Below, piece after piece: positions 1-10,168 of a DNA stretch of 64,000 bases. Origin of the DNA: Escherichia coli. GTDB taxonomy: Bacteria > Pseudomonadota > Gammaproteobacteria > Enterobacterales > Enterobacteriaceae. Where the stretch lies: assembly GCF_050920415.1 (NCBI RefSeq), contig NZ_CP169309.1; one strand, 5' to 3'. Under the pieces are notes generated by a model that had not been told where the DNA came from, did no database searches, and saw nothing but the letters and a program-made list of their open reading frames with translations. Numbering within the stretch: position 1 is the first letter of the stretch; the number at the start of each line of letters is the position of its first letter. The position numbers were made by a program, and so were the translations under genes.

Positions 1-71
1 GTCCTGACTCTACTGGCTATGTGCCGGGTAGCATGAAATAATTAGCGCCAACAATTTAGCAGGAGTTAACA

Positions 72-251
72 ATGTTTGCAGGTTTACCTTCACTCACCCA
101 TGAACAGCAGCAAAAAGCCGTCGAGCGGATCCAGGAACTGATGGCACAAGGGATGAGCAGCGGCCAGGCAATCGCGTTGGTGGCAGAAGAGCTGCGTGCC
201 AACCATTCCGGCGAGCGAATCGTGGCGCGTTTTGAGGATGAAGACGAGTAA
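72..251 (+). CDS. yoaH: Small protein YoaH (UPF0181 family), 59 aa
   Basis: ATG at 72, TAA at 249-251; translation [59 protein letters not shown]; below the ORF-track length cutoff; position next to yoaC matches K-12 order. Confidence 0.8.
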
Positions 252-370
252 CACACTAATCCGTATCGCTTTCGTTATAGAAGCCGATGGTTATTTGATT
301 GTGAGAAAAAGGACGCTTTTCATATGTGATTAAAAGCGTCCTGACCCATTTATGCTGATGTAAATTTAAC

Positions 371-670
371 TTAGACCAGTGCTTTTAGTTCTTCCTGCAT
401 ATATGTTGAAAAGTATTCAGGATTTTTAATCACAATGCGTTCACCAGACTCCATTTTTTTTGCCCATCCAACCATTTTTTCCGTGAACCCCGGGTTCCAG
501 CCTTCCTGGTCAGCTCGCGCCGTAATATCAGCGGCACTCGCGGGTACTCCCAGTTCTTTCAAATATTTAAAGATTCCCTTCGCCGTGCTTTCATTCATCG
601 AACTTGGTGTTGGCGCTGATACATCCATGGCACCAATGAAATCCAGGGCTTTATCTATTACAGCAGGCAT
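371..670 (-). CDS. yoaC: DUF1889-family protein YoaC (about 99 aa; ORF extends to 730 with an upstream Met)
   Basis: ORF track 371..730 (-); internal Met MPAVIDKALDF gives the length I recall for YoaC; start uncertain. Confidence 0.7.
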   Translation of the reverse strand: MPAVIDKALDFIGAMDVSAPTPSSMNESTAKGIFKYLKELGVPASAADITARADQEGWNPGFTEKMVGWAKKMESGERIVIKNPEYFSTYMQEELKALV

Positions 671-1091
671 ATTCTTATCCTTAAAATTAACCATGTTATC
701 GATAAGGCTATATATGACCTTAATTTGCATCTAATATCAAAGGGATTATAACGATATGGCACGAGTTAACCTGTTGACATTCAGGTGTTTTAAAGGTAGC
801 AGCTCATGGTGTGTTATCCAGTAAGAGGGAGAAAATTAACGGTCAGTTCTCACGCTATAACCAGATTGTTCAGCTAAGAAAGAAAACCAGAGATGCTAAT
901 CGAAGGGCGAACACAACGGCATTGTTATGTTTATTTATATAGTTAGTTTTATAGCTAAAATTGAAATTATAAAAATAAATAATGAATTAGCAGGAGCATC
1001 AACAGTAATATCTTAATCTCTGGTCGATTTATGTAAAACCGACCAGTATTATCGATAAATTATCGTCTGACTTATTTTGCTTCGATAAAGC

Positions 1092-1436
1092 TTACACCGC
1101 AGCCACAATCTTAATTTCAACTTTATACTTCGGGTTCATCAAACCCGCTTGTACCGTGCAGCGCACCGGCGCATGACCCGCGACAACCCAGGCATCCCAC
1201 GCTTTATTCATCGCCGCGAAGTCGTTTTTATCAGCCAGGAAAATGGTGGCATCCAGAATGCTCGATTTATTGCTGCCCTGTTTTTCCAGCACGGCGTCAA
1301 TCTGCGCCAGCGTGTTGGCGGTTTGCTCAAAGGCATTGGCGTCAAGGTTTTCCGGCACACCCGTATAGTAGAGAGTGTTGTTGTGGATCACGACATCAGA
1401 CCAGCGGGCTTCGGCGTCGATACGAACGATAGTCAT
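1092..1436 (-). CDS. yoaB: RidA/YjgF-family protein YoaB (114 aa)
   Basis: ORF track 1092..1484 (-); start trimmed to MTIVRIDAEARW; RidA-like sequence. Confidence 0.8.
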   Translation of the reverse strand: MTIVRIDAEARWSDVVIHNNTLYYTGVPENLDANAFEQTANTLAQIDAVLEKQGSNKSSILDATIFLADKNDFAAMNKAWDAWVVAGHAPVRCTVQAGLMNPKYKVEIKIVAAV

Positions 1437-1543
1437 CATTTTGTCCTCATTATACTTCCATTTTCGTGCTGCAAAGACTGCCACAATGTGAGGTCGCCGT
1501 CACCACTTCAACTGGCGAAAGCGCCCTCATCCTGACATAATCC

Positions 1544-1559
1544 CTGTTCAAATCAACAG
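1544..1559. promoter_or_regulatory. LexA-box-like palindrome CTGTTCAAATCAACAG (CTGT-N8-ACAG) immediately upstream of yoaA GTG start
   Basis: Exact CTGT-N8-ACAG core in the yoaB-yoaA divergent region, 9 nt upstream of yoaA start. Confidence 0.5.
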
Positions 1560-1567
1560 GGGGTAGT

Positions 1568-3478
1568 GTGACGGACGATTTTGCACCAGATGGTCAGCTG
1601 GCGAAAGCAATACCAGGCTTTAAGCCGCGAGAACCACAGCGACAGATGGCGGTAGCCGTCACCCAGGCGATAGAAAAAAGCCAGCCGCTGGTGGTGGAAG
1701 CCGGAACCGGTACGGGCAAAACCTACGCTTACCTGGCCCCTGCGCTGCGGGCGAAAAAGAAAGTCATTATCTCGACCGGCTCAAAAGCGTTGCAGGATCA
1801 GCTCTACAGCCGCGATTTGCCAACGGTCTCAAAGGCGTTGAAATACACGGGCAACGTGGCGTTGCTGAAAGGGCGCTCAAACTATCTCTGCCTCGAACGA
1901 CTGGAACAGCAGGCGCTGGCGGGCGGCGATTTGCCGGTACAAATCTTAAGCGATGTGATCCTGCTGCGCTCCTGGTCCAATCAGACGGTAGATGGCGATA
2001 TCAGCACCTGCGTCAGCGTGGCGGAAGATTCGCAGGCGTGGCCGTTGGTCACCAGCACCAACGACAACTGTCTTGGCAGCGATTGCCCGATGTATAAAGA
2101 TTGCTTTGTGGTTAAAGCACGCAAAAAAGCGATGGACGCCGATGTGGTGGTGGTAAACCATCATCTGTTTCTGGCGGATATGGTGGTGAAAGAGAGTGGA
2201 TTTGGCGAACTGATCCCGGAAGCTGACGTGATGATCTTCGACGAAGCCCACCAACTGCCTGACATTGCCAGCCAGTATTTTGGTCAGTCATTCTCCAGTC
2301 GACAACTGCTCGACCTGGCAAAAGACATCACCATCGCCTACCGCACCGAATTAAAAGACACCCAGCAGTTACAAAAGTGCGCCGACCGCCTTGCCCAGAG
2401 CGCGCAGGATTTTCGCCTTCAATTAGGTGAGCCAGGTTATCGTGGCAACCTGCGCGAACTGTTAGCTAATCCGCAAATTCAGCGAGCATTTTTACTGCTC
2501 GATGACACCCTGGAACTTTGTTATGACGTGGCGAAACTGTCGCTGGGGCGTTCCGCCTTGCTGGATGCGGCATTTGAGCGCGCCACGTTGTATCGTACGC
2601 GGCTGAAACGGCTAAAAGAGATCAATCAGCCGGGCTACAGCTACTGGTACGAATGCACTTCGCGCCATTTTACTCTGGCACTCACGCCGCTCAGCGTGGC
2701 GGATAAATTCAAAGAATTAATGGCGCTAAAACCAGGTAGCTGGATCTTTACCTCAGCAACGCTGTCGGTGAATGACGATCTGCATCATTTTACCTCGCGG
2801 CTTGGCATTGAACAGGCAGAGTCGTTGCTGTTACCCAGCCCGTTTGATTACAGCCGCCAGGCGTTACTCTGTGTGCCGCGCAACCTGCCGCAAACCAATC
2901 AACCGGGCTCCGCACGGCAACTGGCGGCAATGTTGCGACCGATCATCGAAGCTAACAACGGTCGTTGTTTTATGCTTTGTACCTCGCACGCCATGATGCG
3001 CGATCTGGCCGAGCAGTTCCGCGCTACCATGACGCTTCCCGTTTTGTTGCAGGGGGAAACCAGCAAAGGGCAACTGTTGCAGCAATTTGTCAGCGCCGGT
3101 AACGCGCTGCTTGTGGCAACCAGCAGCTTCTGGGAAGGGGTGGATGTGCGTGGCGATACATTGTCATTGGTGATTATCGACAAGTTGCCGTTTACCTCAC
3201 CGGATGATCCACTATTAAAAGCGCGCATGGAAGATTGCCGTTTGCGCGGAGGCGACCCGTTCGATGAAGTACAGCTGCCGGATGCGGTCATTACTCTCAA
3301 GCAGGGGGTAGGGCGACTGATTCGCGACGCCGACGATCGAGGGGTTTTGGTGATTTGCGACAATCGGCTGGTGATGCGCCCTTACGGCGCGACGTTTCTC
3401 GCCAGTCTGCCGCCAGCGCCGCGCACCCGTGACATTGCCCGTGCGGTTCGTTTCCTTGCGATACCATCCTCCAGGTAA
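1568..3478 (+). CDS. yoaA: DinG-family ATP-dependent DNA helicase YoaA (636 aa), GTG start
   Basis: ORF track; Walker A AGTGTGKT, DEAH box FDEAHQL, Cys cluster typical of Fe-S helicases. Confidence 0.9.
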   Translation: MTDDFAPDGQLAKAIPGFKPREPQRQMAVAVTQAIEKSQPLVVEAGTGTGKTYAYLAPALRAKKKVIISTGSKALQDQLYSRDLPTVSKALKYTGNVALLKGRSNYLCLERLEQQALAGGDLPVQILSDVILLRSWSNQTVDGDISTCVSVAEDSQAWPLVTSTNDNCLGSDCPMYKDCFVVKARKKAMDADVVVVNHHLFLADMVVKESGFGELIPEADVMIFDEAHQLPDIASQYFGQSFSSRQLLDLAKDITIAYRTELKDTQQLQKCADRLAQSAQDFRLQLGEPGYRGNLRELLANPQIQRAFLLLDDTLELCYDVAKLSLGRSALLDAAFERATLYRTRLKRLKEINQPGYSYWYECTSRHFTLALTPLSVADKFKELMALKPGSWIFTSATLSVNDDLHHFTSRLGIEQAESLLLPSPFDYSRQALLCVPRNLPQTNQPGSARQLAAMLRPIIEANNGRCFMLCTSHAMMRDLAEQFRATMTLPVLLQGETSKGQLLQQFVSAGNALLVATSSFWEGVDVRGDTLSLVIIDKLPFTSPDDPLLKARMEDCRLRGGDPFDEVQLPDAVITLKQGVGRLIRDADDRGVLVICDNRLVMRPYGATFLASLPPAPRTRDIARAVRFLAIPSSR

Positions 3479-3535
3479 TTTGTGATGGAGTATGGTATGA
3501 TGCGCGCCTTTTTATTGATCTAAGCACGAAGACCC

Positions 3536-4231
3536 ATGCGAATTCTGGCTATCGATACCGCGACAGAGGCCTGCTCTGTCGCCCTGTGGAACGACGGTAC
3601 TGTCAACGCTCATTTTGAGCTTTGCCCTCGTGAACATACTCAACGAATCTTACCGATGGTGCAGGATATCCTGACCACCAGCGGAACTTCCCTGACGGAC
3701 ATAAATGCTCTGGCTTACGGGCGCGGCCCCGGTAGCTTTACCGGCGTGCGCATTGGTATTGGCATTGCGCAAGGGCTGGCGCTTGGCGCGGAATTACCGA
3801 TGATTGGCGTCTCCACGCTAATGACGATGGCGCAAGGGGCGTGGCGCAAAAACGGCGCAACCCGCGTGCTGGCAGCCATTGACGCGCGAATGGGCGAAGT
3901 TTACTGGGCCGAATATCAGCGTGATGAAAATGGTATCTGGCACGGTGAAGAAACCGAAGCCGTACTCAAACCTGAACTCGTTCATGAACGGATGCAACAG
4001 CTTTCCGGCGAATGGGTGACGGTAGGGACGGGCTGGCAAGCCTGGCCGGATCTCGGTAAAGAGAACGGTTTGGCCCTGCGCGATGGCGAAGTGTTACTGC
4101 CCGCTGCAGAAGATATGCTGCCGATTGCTTGTCAGATGTTTGCCGAGGGTAAAACGGTGGCGGTGGAACATGCCGAACCGGTTTATTTACGTAACAACGT
4201 CGCATGGAAGAAACTTCCGGGCAAAGAATGA
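3536..4231 (+). CDS. tsaB: tRNA threonylcarbamoyladenosine biosynthesis protein TsaB (YeaZ)
   Basis: ORF track 231 aa; Kae1/YgjD-partner family; synteny. Confidence 0.9.
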   Translation: MRILAIDTATEACSVALWNDGTVNAHFELCPREHTQRILPMVQDILTTSGTSLTDINALAYGRGPGSFTGVRIGIGIAQGLALGAELPMIGVSTLMTMAQGAWRKNGATRVLAAIDARMGEVYWAEYQRDENGIWHGEETEAVLKPELVHERMQQLSGEWVTVGTGWQAWPDLGKENGLALRDGEVLLPAAEDMLPIACQMFAEGKTVAVEHAEPVYLRNNVAWKKLPGKE

Positions 4232-4269
4232 ATCTTAAGAGTATGCCCTGAGAAAAAAGGAGTCGCATC

Positions 4270-4851
4270 ATGGCGGTTCAAAAGAATGTTATCAAAGGCA
4301 TACTGGCAGGTACGTTTGCGCTAATGCTGAGCGGTTGTGTTACTGTGCCGGATGCCATTAAAGGCAGCAGTCCCACGCCGCAACAAGATTTAGTTCGGGT
4401 GATGAGTGCGCCGCAGCTGTACGTTGGTCAGGAGGCACGCTTTGGCGGCAAAGTGGTTGCGGTACAAAACCAGCAAGGGAAAACCCGCCTGGAAATTGCT
4501 ACCGTACCGCTCGACAGCGGAGCCAGACCAACTTTGGGAGAACCTTCTCGCGGTCGCATTTATGCCGATGTGAACGGTTTTCTGGATCCGGTAGATTTTC
4601 GTGGACAATTGGTCACGGTAGTTGGACCAATCACCGGTGCGGTTGACGGCAAAATCGGCAACACGCCCTATAAATTTATGGTGATGCAGGTAACGGGTTA
4701 CAAACGTTGGCATTTAACCCAGCAGGTGATTATGCCGCCTCAGCCGATTGATCCATGGTTTTATGGCGGTCGTGGCTGGCCCTATGGCTACGGTGGATGG
4801 GGCTGGTATAATCCCGGCCCCGCGAGAGTACAAACTGTTGTAACTGAATAA
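4270..4851 (+). CDS. yeaY: Slp-family outer-membrane lipoprotein YeaY
   Basis: ORF track 193 aa; signal peptide with lipobox LSGC; synteny. Confidence 0.85.
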
Positions 4852-4873
4852 TTGCTTGTTTTTAAAGAAAAAG

Positions 4874-4900
4874 AAACAGCGGCTGGTCCGCTGTTTCTGC
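4874..4900 (+). terminator. Hairpin terminator downstream of yeaY
   Basis: AAACAGCGG-CTGGT-CCGCTGTTT stem-loop followed by T-rich tract. Confidence 0.55.
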
Positions 4901-4966
4901 ATTCTTACGGTAAAGATAAAAATAAATAGTGACGCGCTTCGCAACCTTTTCGTTGGGTAATCATCA

Positions 4967-4983
4967 AGCTGGTATGATGAGTT
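4967..4983. promoter_or_regulatory. FadR operator-like site AGCTGGTATGATGAGTT in fadD promoter
   Basis: Matches FadR consensus ANCTGGTCNGACNTGTT at most positions; about 70 nt upstream of fadD start. Confidence 0.6.
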
Positions 4984-5055
4984 AATATTATGTTAACGGC
5001 ATGTATATCATTTGGGGTTGCGATGACGACGAACACGCATTTTAGAGGTGAAGAA

Positions 5056-6741
5056 TTGAAGAAGGTTTGGCTTAACCGTTATCCCGCGGACGTTCCGACG
5101 GAGATCAACCCTGACCGTTATCAATCTCTGGTAGATATGTTTGAGCAGTCGGTCGCGCGCTACGCCGATCAACCCGCGTTTGTGAATATGGGGGAGGTGA
5201 TGACCTTCCGCAAACTGGAAGAACGCAGTCGCGCGTTTGCCGCTTATTTGCAACAAGGGTTGGGACTGAAGAAAGGCGATCGCGTTGCGTTGATGATGCC
5301 TAATTTATTGCAATATCCGGTGGCGCTGTTTGGCATTTTGCGTGCCGGGATGATTGTCGTAAACGTTAACCCGTTGTATACCCCGCGTGAACTTGAGCAT
5401 CAGCTTAACGATAGCGGCGCATCGGCGATTGTTATCGTGTCTAACTTTGCCCACACTCTGGAAAAAGTGGTTGATAAAACCGCCGTTCAGCACGTAATTC
5501 TGACCCGTATGGGCGATCAGCTATCTACGGCAAAAGGCACGGTAGTCAATTTCGTTGTTAAATACATCAAGCGTCTGGTGCCGAAATACCATCTGCCAGA
5601 TGCCATCTCATTTCGTAGCGCCCTGCACAACGGCTACCGGATGCAGTACGTCAAACCCGAACTGGTGCCGGAAGATTTAGCTTTCCTGCAATACACCGGC
5701 GGTACCACTGGTGTGGCGAAAGGCGCGATGCTGACTCACCGCAATATGCTGGCGAACCTGGAACAGGTTAACGCGACTTATGGGCCGCTGTTGCATCCGG
5801 GCAAAGAGCTGGTGGTGACGGCGCTGCCGCTGTATCACATTTTTGCACTGACCATTAACTGCCTGCTGTTTATTGAACTGGGTGGGCAGAACTTGCTTAT
5901 CACTAACCCGCGCGATATTCCGGGGTTGGTAAAAGAGTTAGCGAAATATCCGTTTACCGCGATAACCGGCGTTAACACCTTGTTCAATGCGTTGCTGAAC
6001 AATAAAGAGTTCCAGCAGCTGGATTTCTCCAGTCTGCATCTTTCTGCAGGCGGTGGTATGCCTGTTCAACAAGTGGTGGCTGAACGTTGGGTGAAACTGA
6101 CCGGACAGTATCTGCTGGAAGGTTATGGCCTGACCGAGTGTGCGCCGCTGGTCAGCGTTAACCCGTATGATATTGATTATCATAGTGGTAGCATCGGTTT
6201 GCCGGTGCCGTCGACGGAAGCCAAACTGGTGGATGATGATGATAACGAAGTACCACCGGGTCAACCGGGTGAGCTTTGTGTCAAAGGACCGCAGGTGATG
6301 CTGGGCTACTGGCAGCGTCCGGATGCCACTGATGAAATCATCAAAAACGGTTGGCTACACACTGGCGACATTGCCGTAATGGACGAAGAAGGTTTCTTAC
6401 GCATCGTTGATCGCAAAAAAGACATGATTCTGGTTTCCGGTTTTAACGTCTATCCCAACGAGATTGAAGATGTCGTCATGCAGCATCCTGGCGTACAGGA
6501 AGTCGCGGCTGTTGGCGTACCTTCCGGCTCAAGTGGTGAAGCGGTGAAAATCTTCGTTGTGAAAAAAGATCCATCGCTTACCGAAGAGTCACTGGTGACT
6601 TTTTGCCGCCGTCAGCTCACGGGCTACAAAGTACCGAAGCTGGTGGAGTTTCGTGATGAGTTACCGAAATCTAACGTCGGAAAAATTTTGCGACGAGAAT
6701 TACGTGACGAAGCGCGCGGCAAAGTGGACAATAAAGCCTGA
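5056..6741 (+). CDS. fadD: Long-chain-fatty-acid--CoA ligase FadD (561 aa), probable TTG start
   Basis: ORF track 4990..6741; mature N-terminus [10 protein letters not shown] corresponds to TTG at 5056; AMP-binding motif [12 protein letters not shown]. Confidence 0.9.
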
Positions 6742-6760
6742 GCGTTAAGTCAGTCGTCAG

Positions 6761-6787
6761 ACGCCGGTTAATCCGGCGTTTTTTTTG
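6761..6787 (+). terminator. Rho-independent terminator of fadD
   Basis: CGCCGG-TTAAT-CCGGCG stem-loop followed by TTTTTTTT. Confidence 0.75.
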
Positions 6788-6810
6788 ACGCCCACTAAAG
6801 AGAATACAAT

Positions 6811-7938
6811 TTGAATTACCAAATGATTACCACGGACGATGCGCTGGCTTCTTTGTGTGAAGCTGTCCGTGCCTTTCCGGCGATAGCCCTGGATACTGAA
6901 TTTGTTCGTACGCGCACCTATTACCCGCAGCTGGGTCTAATTCAACTTTTCGATGGCGAGCATCTGGCGCTAATTGATCCTCTCGTGATCACCGACTGGT
7001 CACCGCTGAAAGCGATCCTGCGCGATCCGTCCATCACAAAATTTCTCCATGCAGGCAGTGAAGATCTGGAAGTGTTCCTCAATGTCTTTGGCGAATTACC
7101 ACAACCCCTGATTGACACGCAAATCCTTGCTGCCTTCTGCGGACGCCCGATGTCATGGGGTTTTGCTTCCATGGTGGAAGAGTATTCCGGCGTTACGCTG
7201 GACAAGAGTGAATCGCGCACCGACTGGCTGGCCAGACCGCTGACTGAACGTCAGTGTGAATACGCAGCGGCGGATGTCTGGTATCTGTTACCGATCACCG
7301 CAAAGCTTATGGTAGAAACGGAGGCCTCCGGCTGGCTACCTGCGGCGCTGGATGAATGCCGCCTGATGCAAATGCGTCGTCAGGAAGTCGTTGCGCCGGA
7401 AGATGCCTGGCGTGATATCACCAATGCCTGGCAGTTACGCACACGCCAACTGGCCTGTCTGCAACTGTTAGCCGATTGGCGACTGCGTAAGGCGCGGGAG
7501 CGCGATCTGGCGGTGAACTTTGTCGTGCGTGAAGAGCATTTGTGGTCGGTAGCGCGTTATATGCCGGGAAGTTTAGGCGAACTGGACAGCCTGGGCTTAT
7601 CCGGTAGCGAAATCCGCTTTCACGGTAAAACGCTGCTGGCGCTGGTGGAAAAAGCGCAGACATTGCCGGAAGAGGCCTTACCGCAGCCGATGCTTAACCT
7701 GATGGACATGCCGGGTTATCGTAAAGCGTTTAAAGCGATTAAGTCGCTGATTACTGACGTGAGCGAAACACACAAGATCAGCGTCGAATTGCTGGCATCG
7801 CGTCGGCAAATCAACCAGCTGCTGAACTGGCACTGGAAACTGAAACCGCAGAACAATTTGCCGGAGCTGATTTCCGGCTGGCGTGGTGAGCTGATGGCGG
7901 AAGCATTACACAATTTATTGCAGGAATATCCACAGTAA
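6811..7938 (+). CDS. rnd: Ribonuclease D (375 aa), TTG start
   Basis: ORF track; DEDDy 3'-5' exonuclease plus HRDC-like C-terminus; begins at TTG codon. Confidence 0.9.
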   Translation: MNYQMITTDDALASLCEAVRAFPAIALDTEFVRTRTYYPQLGLIQLFDGEHLALIDPLVITDWSPLKAILRDPSITKFLHAGSEDLEVFLNVFGELPQPLIDTQILAAFCGRPMSWGFASMVEEYSGVTLDKSESRTDWLARPLTERQCEYAAADVWYLLPITAKLMVETEASGWLPAALDECRLMQMRRQEVVAPEDAWRDITNAWQLRTRQLACLQLLADWRLRKARERDLAVNFVVREEHLWSVARYMPGSLGELDSLGLSGSEIRFHGKTLLALVEKAQTLPEEALPQPMLNLMDMPGYRKAFKAIKSLITDVSETHKISVELLASRRQINQLLNWHWKLKPQNNLPELISGWRGELMAEALHNLLQEYPQ

Positions 7939-7991
7939 AATCTTCCGAAGCCGGACTGGGCGCGCTCAGCGCCACATCCGGCTTCGGCAAA

Positions 7992-8957
7992 CTACAAATC
8001 CAACACCAGGCGTTTACCCTTCGCGCGTGAACAACAGATCAACATACTTTGCTGGCTGGCACGCTCTTCATCGCTAAAATACTGATCCCGATGGTCAGCT
8101 TCACCTTCCAGTATTGCCGTTTCGCAGGTTCCGCATACCCCTTCACGACATAAACATTCCACTTTCGCTGCTTTATTATTTTCAATAACCTGCAAAATAG
8201 TCATCTCTTCCGGCACCACAAACTCTTTACCGGAACGGGCAAGCACCAGCGTAAATGCATCGCCGGTTTTGTCTTCGATAGCAAATTGCTCAAAGTGCAG
8301 CGTATCGGTGACGATGTCCAGACGCCCAGCTTCACTTCTTACCGCCTCATTTAGCGCCTCGGGGCCACAGGTATAAACATGTGTGCCAGGTTCGATATCC
8401 GCCAATAATCGCGCTAATTCCAGTCGTGTTCCGGTTGATGAATGATGCAAATGGACTTTCTCGGCCTGCGGATGCTGGACTAGCTCATCACGAAATGCGC
8501 AACTTTCTGGATTTCGCGAGCAGTAATGTAACTGCCAGTCGACGTCGCTGTATTGCAACTCTGCCATGTGCGACAGGAAAGGGGTGATACCAATACCGCC
8601 CGCGATAAACAGATGCTTTCTGGCCGAGGGAATTAGCGCAAACAGGTTATTCGGCGTTGAAATCGTTAACCGATCGCCAGCCTTCACTTTCTGATGTAAA
8701 AAACGCGAACCACCGCGCGAATTTTCTTCCAGTCGAACGGCAATCTGATAACGAGACGTATCGAGTGGCGAACTCAGCAGTGAGTACGCATTGCTGTACT
8801 GGTTATCACCATCGGCCATCTGCACAATGATGTGACTTCCGCCGTTGAACGCAGGCAGCGGTTTGCCCTCAGTTGCCACCAGCGTGAAGCGTTTCACCTG
8901 TTCGGTAAGCGGTTCAACCTGGCTCACCTGTACTTCAAACATTTGGTAGTTTGACAT
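7992..8957 (-). CDS. yeaX: Carnitine monooxygenase reductase subunit (FNR-type flavin reductase with plant-type 2Fe-2S domain)
   Basis: ORF track 321 aa; C-terminal CREGVCGTCE ferredoxin motif; synteny with yeaW. Confidence 0.85.
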   Translation of the reverse strand: MSNYQMFEVQVSQVEPLTEQVKRFTLVATEGKPLPAFNGGSHIIVQMADGDNQYSNAYSLLSSPLDTSRYQIAVRLEENSRGGSRFLHQKVKAGDRLTISTPNNLFALIPSARKHLFIAGGIGITPFLSHMAELQYSDVDWQLHYCSRNPESCAFRDELVQHPQAEKVHLHHSSTGTRLELARLLADIEPGTHVYTCGPEALNEAVRSEAGRLDIVTDTLHFEQFAIEDKTGDAFTLVLARSGKEFVVPEEMTILQVIENNKAAKVECLCREGVCGTCETAILEGEADHRDQYFSDEERASQQSMLICCSRAKGKRLVLDL

Positions 8958-9012
8958 TGCTGTACTCCATCAAAAATCAGCCCGGCGGCGGAAAATACCG
9001 CCGCCGATGTCA

Positions 9013-10137
9013 TTAGTCCTTAAACACCTGCGCCAGCAGATTATGGAAATGGGCGATACCGTGTTCGGAAATTCCGCTACCGCTACTGTCGGCCATGATG
9101 CGCCCCTGACCACGATAGCCACGCGATTTCAGCCCTTTCTGTACGCTTTCAACCAGACGTAAATCTTCCGGACGGAACACGTCGCGATACCACTCAATCA
9201 GTGATTTTTGCTCGTCGGTTAACTCTTCATTGGTGAAGTAAATATCGTAGTTTTGCAGGGTAGTTTCAGAATCCACCGGGAATTCATAAATGACCGTCAT
9301 CATCCCTTTGATAGGCGTAACGTTCAGCATTGTGCACGGCCACAGCCAGAAACCGTGGAATGCCGCATCCGTACCCTCTTCAAATTTGAAAGACTGTTCG
9401 GACGGTTTGGCGAAACCGTATTGCAGCGTCCAGTTACCGTGCATGGTGTGCCAGTAACGATCAACCTGAACGGAGTCGGAGAAACCTGGATGCACCGGAC
9501 CACAGTGATAGCACTCGAGATAGTTATCGACAATGTTCTTCCAGTTGGCAGGCGTGCGGGTGGTAAAACGGGCCGCCAGTTTCAGGTCATGGACTTCCGG
9601 GCAGGCTTCCAGCACTTTCTCTCCCAGACCGGGTAACTGATCTTCTACGCTGGTGGCGTTGGGGTCCATGTTGATGAAGACGAATCCGGCATATTCTTCC
9701 AGACGCACCGGAACCAGTTGCGCTTTGTCACTATCGAAATTGGCGACGTTTTCGCAGTTACGCGCATGGGCCAGGTTGCCATCGAGTTTGAATGCCCAGG
9801 CGTGATACGGACAGGTAATTACATTTTTCGCTTTCCCTTCGCCGCTCAATAACTGATGACCACGGTGTGGACAAACGTTATAGAACGCGCGCAAAACCTT
9901 ATCACGACCGCGTACCAGCACGATGCTTTCACCAATGATCTCACGGGTCACGTAATCATTGGCATTCGCCAGTTCGCTGCTGTGAGCGACACAAATCCAG
10001 CTTTTGGCGAAGACGTTCTCTTTTTCGTGTTCAAAGGCATTCTGATCAGTATAAAAACGGGCAGGAATGGTCCACGCCTCTTGCGGGTTAGCGCAAAAAT
10101 TTTCGGGTAGTACAAAGTCAGGGCTCAGATTGCTCAT
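9013..10137 (-). CDS. yeaW: Carnitine monooxygenase oxygenase subunit (Rieske non-heme iron oxygenase), about 374 aa
   Basis: ORF track 9013..10257; start trimmed to MSNLSPDFVL; Rieske motif CPHRGH...CPYHAW. Confidence 0.85.
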   Translation of the reverse strand: MSNLSPDFVLPENFCANPQEAWTIPARFYTDQNAFEHEKENVFAKSWICVAHSSELANANDYVTREIIGESIVLVRGRDKVLRAFYNVCPHRGHQLLSGEGKAKNVITCPYHAWAFKLDGNLAHARNCENVANFDSDKAQLVPVRLEEYAGFVFINMDPNATSVEDQLPGLGEKVLEACPEVHDLKLAARFTTRTPANWKNIVDNYLECYHCGPVHPGFSDSVQVDRYWHTMHGNWTLQYGFAKPSEQSFKFEEGTDAAFHGFWLWPCTMLNVTPIKGMMTVIYEFPVDSETTLQNYDIYFTNEELTDEQKSLIEWYRDVFRPEDLRLVESVQKGLKSRGYRGQGRIMADSSGSGISEHGIAHFHNLLAQVFKD

Positions 10138-10168
10138 AGGGATACCTTTATCGTTAGGATGATGGCGT

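Noticed and set aside
435-734. 99-aa plus-strand ORF overlapping yoaC
   Set aside because: Antisense shadow of yoaC; no independent RBS or recognizable features
760-850. 22-codon ORF (MARVNLLTFRCFKGSSSWCVIQ) in the yoaC upstream region
   Set aside because: No SD sequence, no hydrophobic or other recognizable character; likely chance ORF in an AT-rich promoter region
1149-1535. 128-aa plus-strand ORF overlapping yoaB
   Set aside because: Antisense shadow ORF within the RidA-family gene
4990-5055. Upstream ATG extension of fadD ([12 protein letters not shown]...)
   Set aside because: Would place the start inside the FadR operator/promoter region; downstream TTG start preferred
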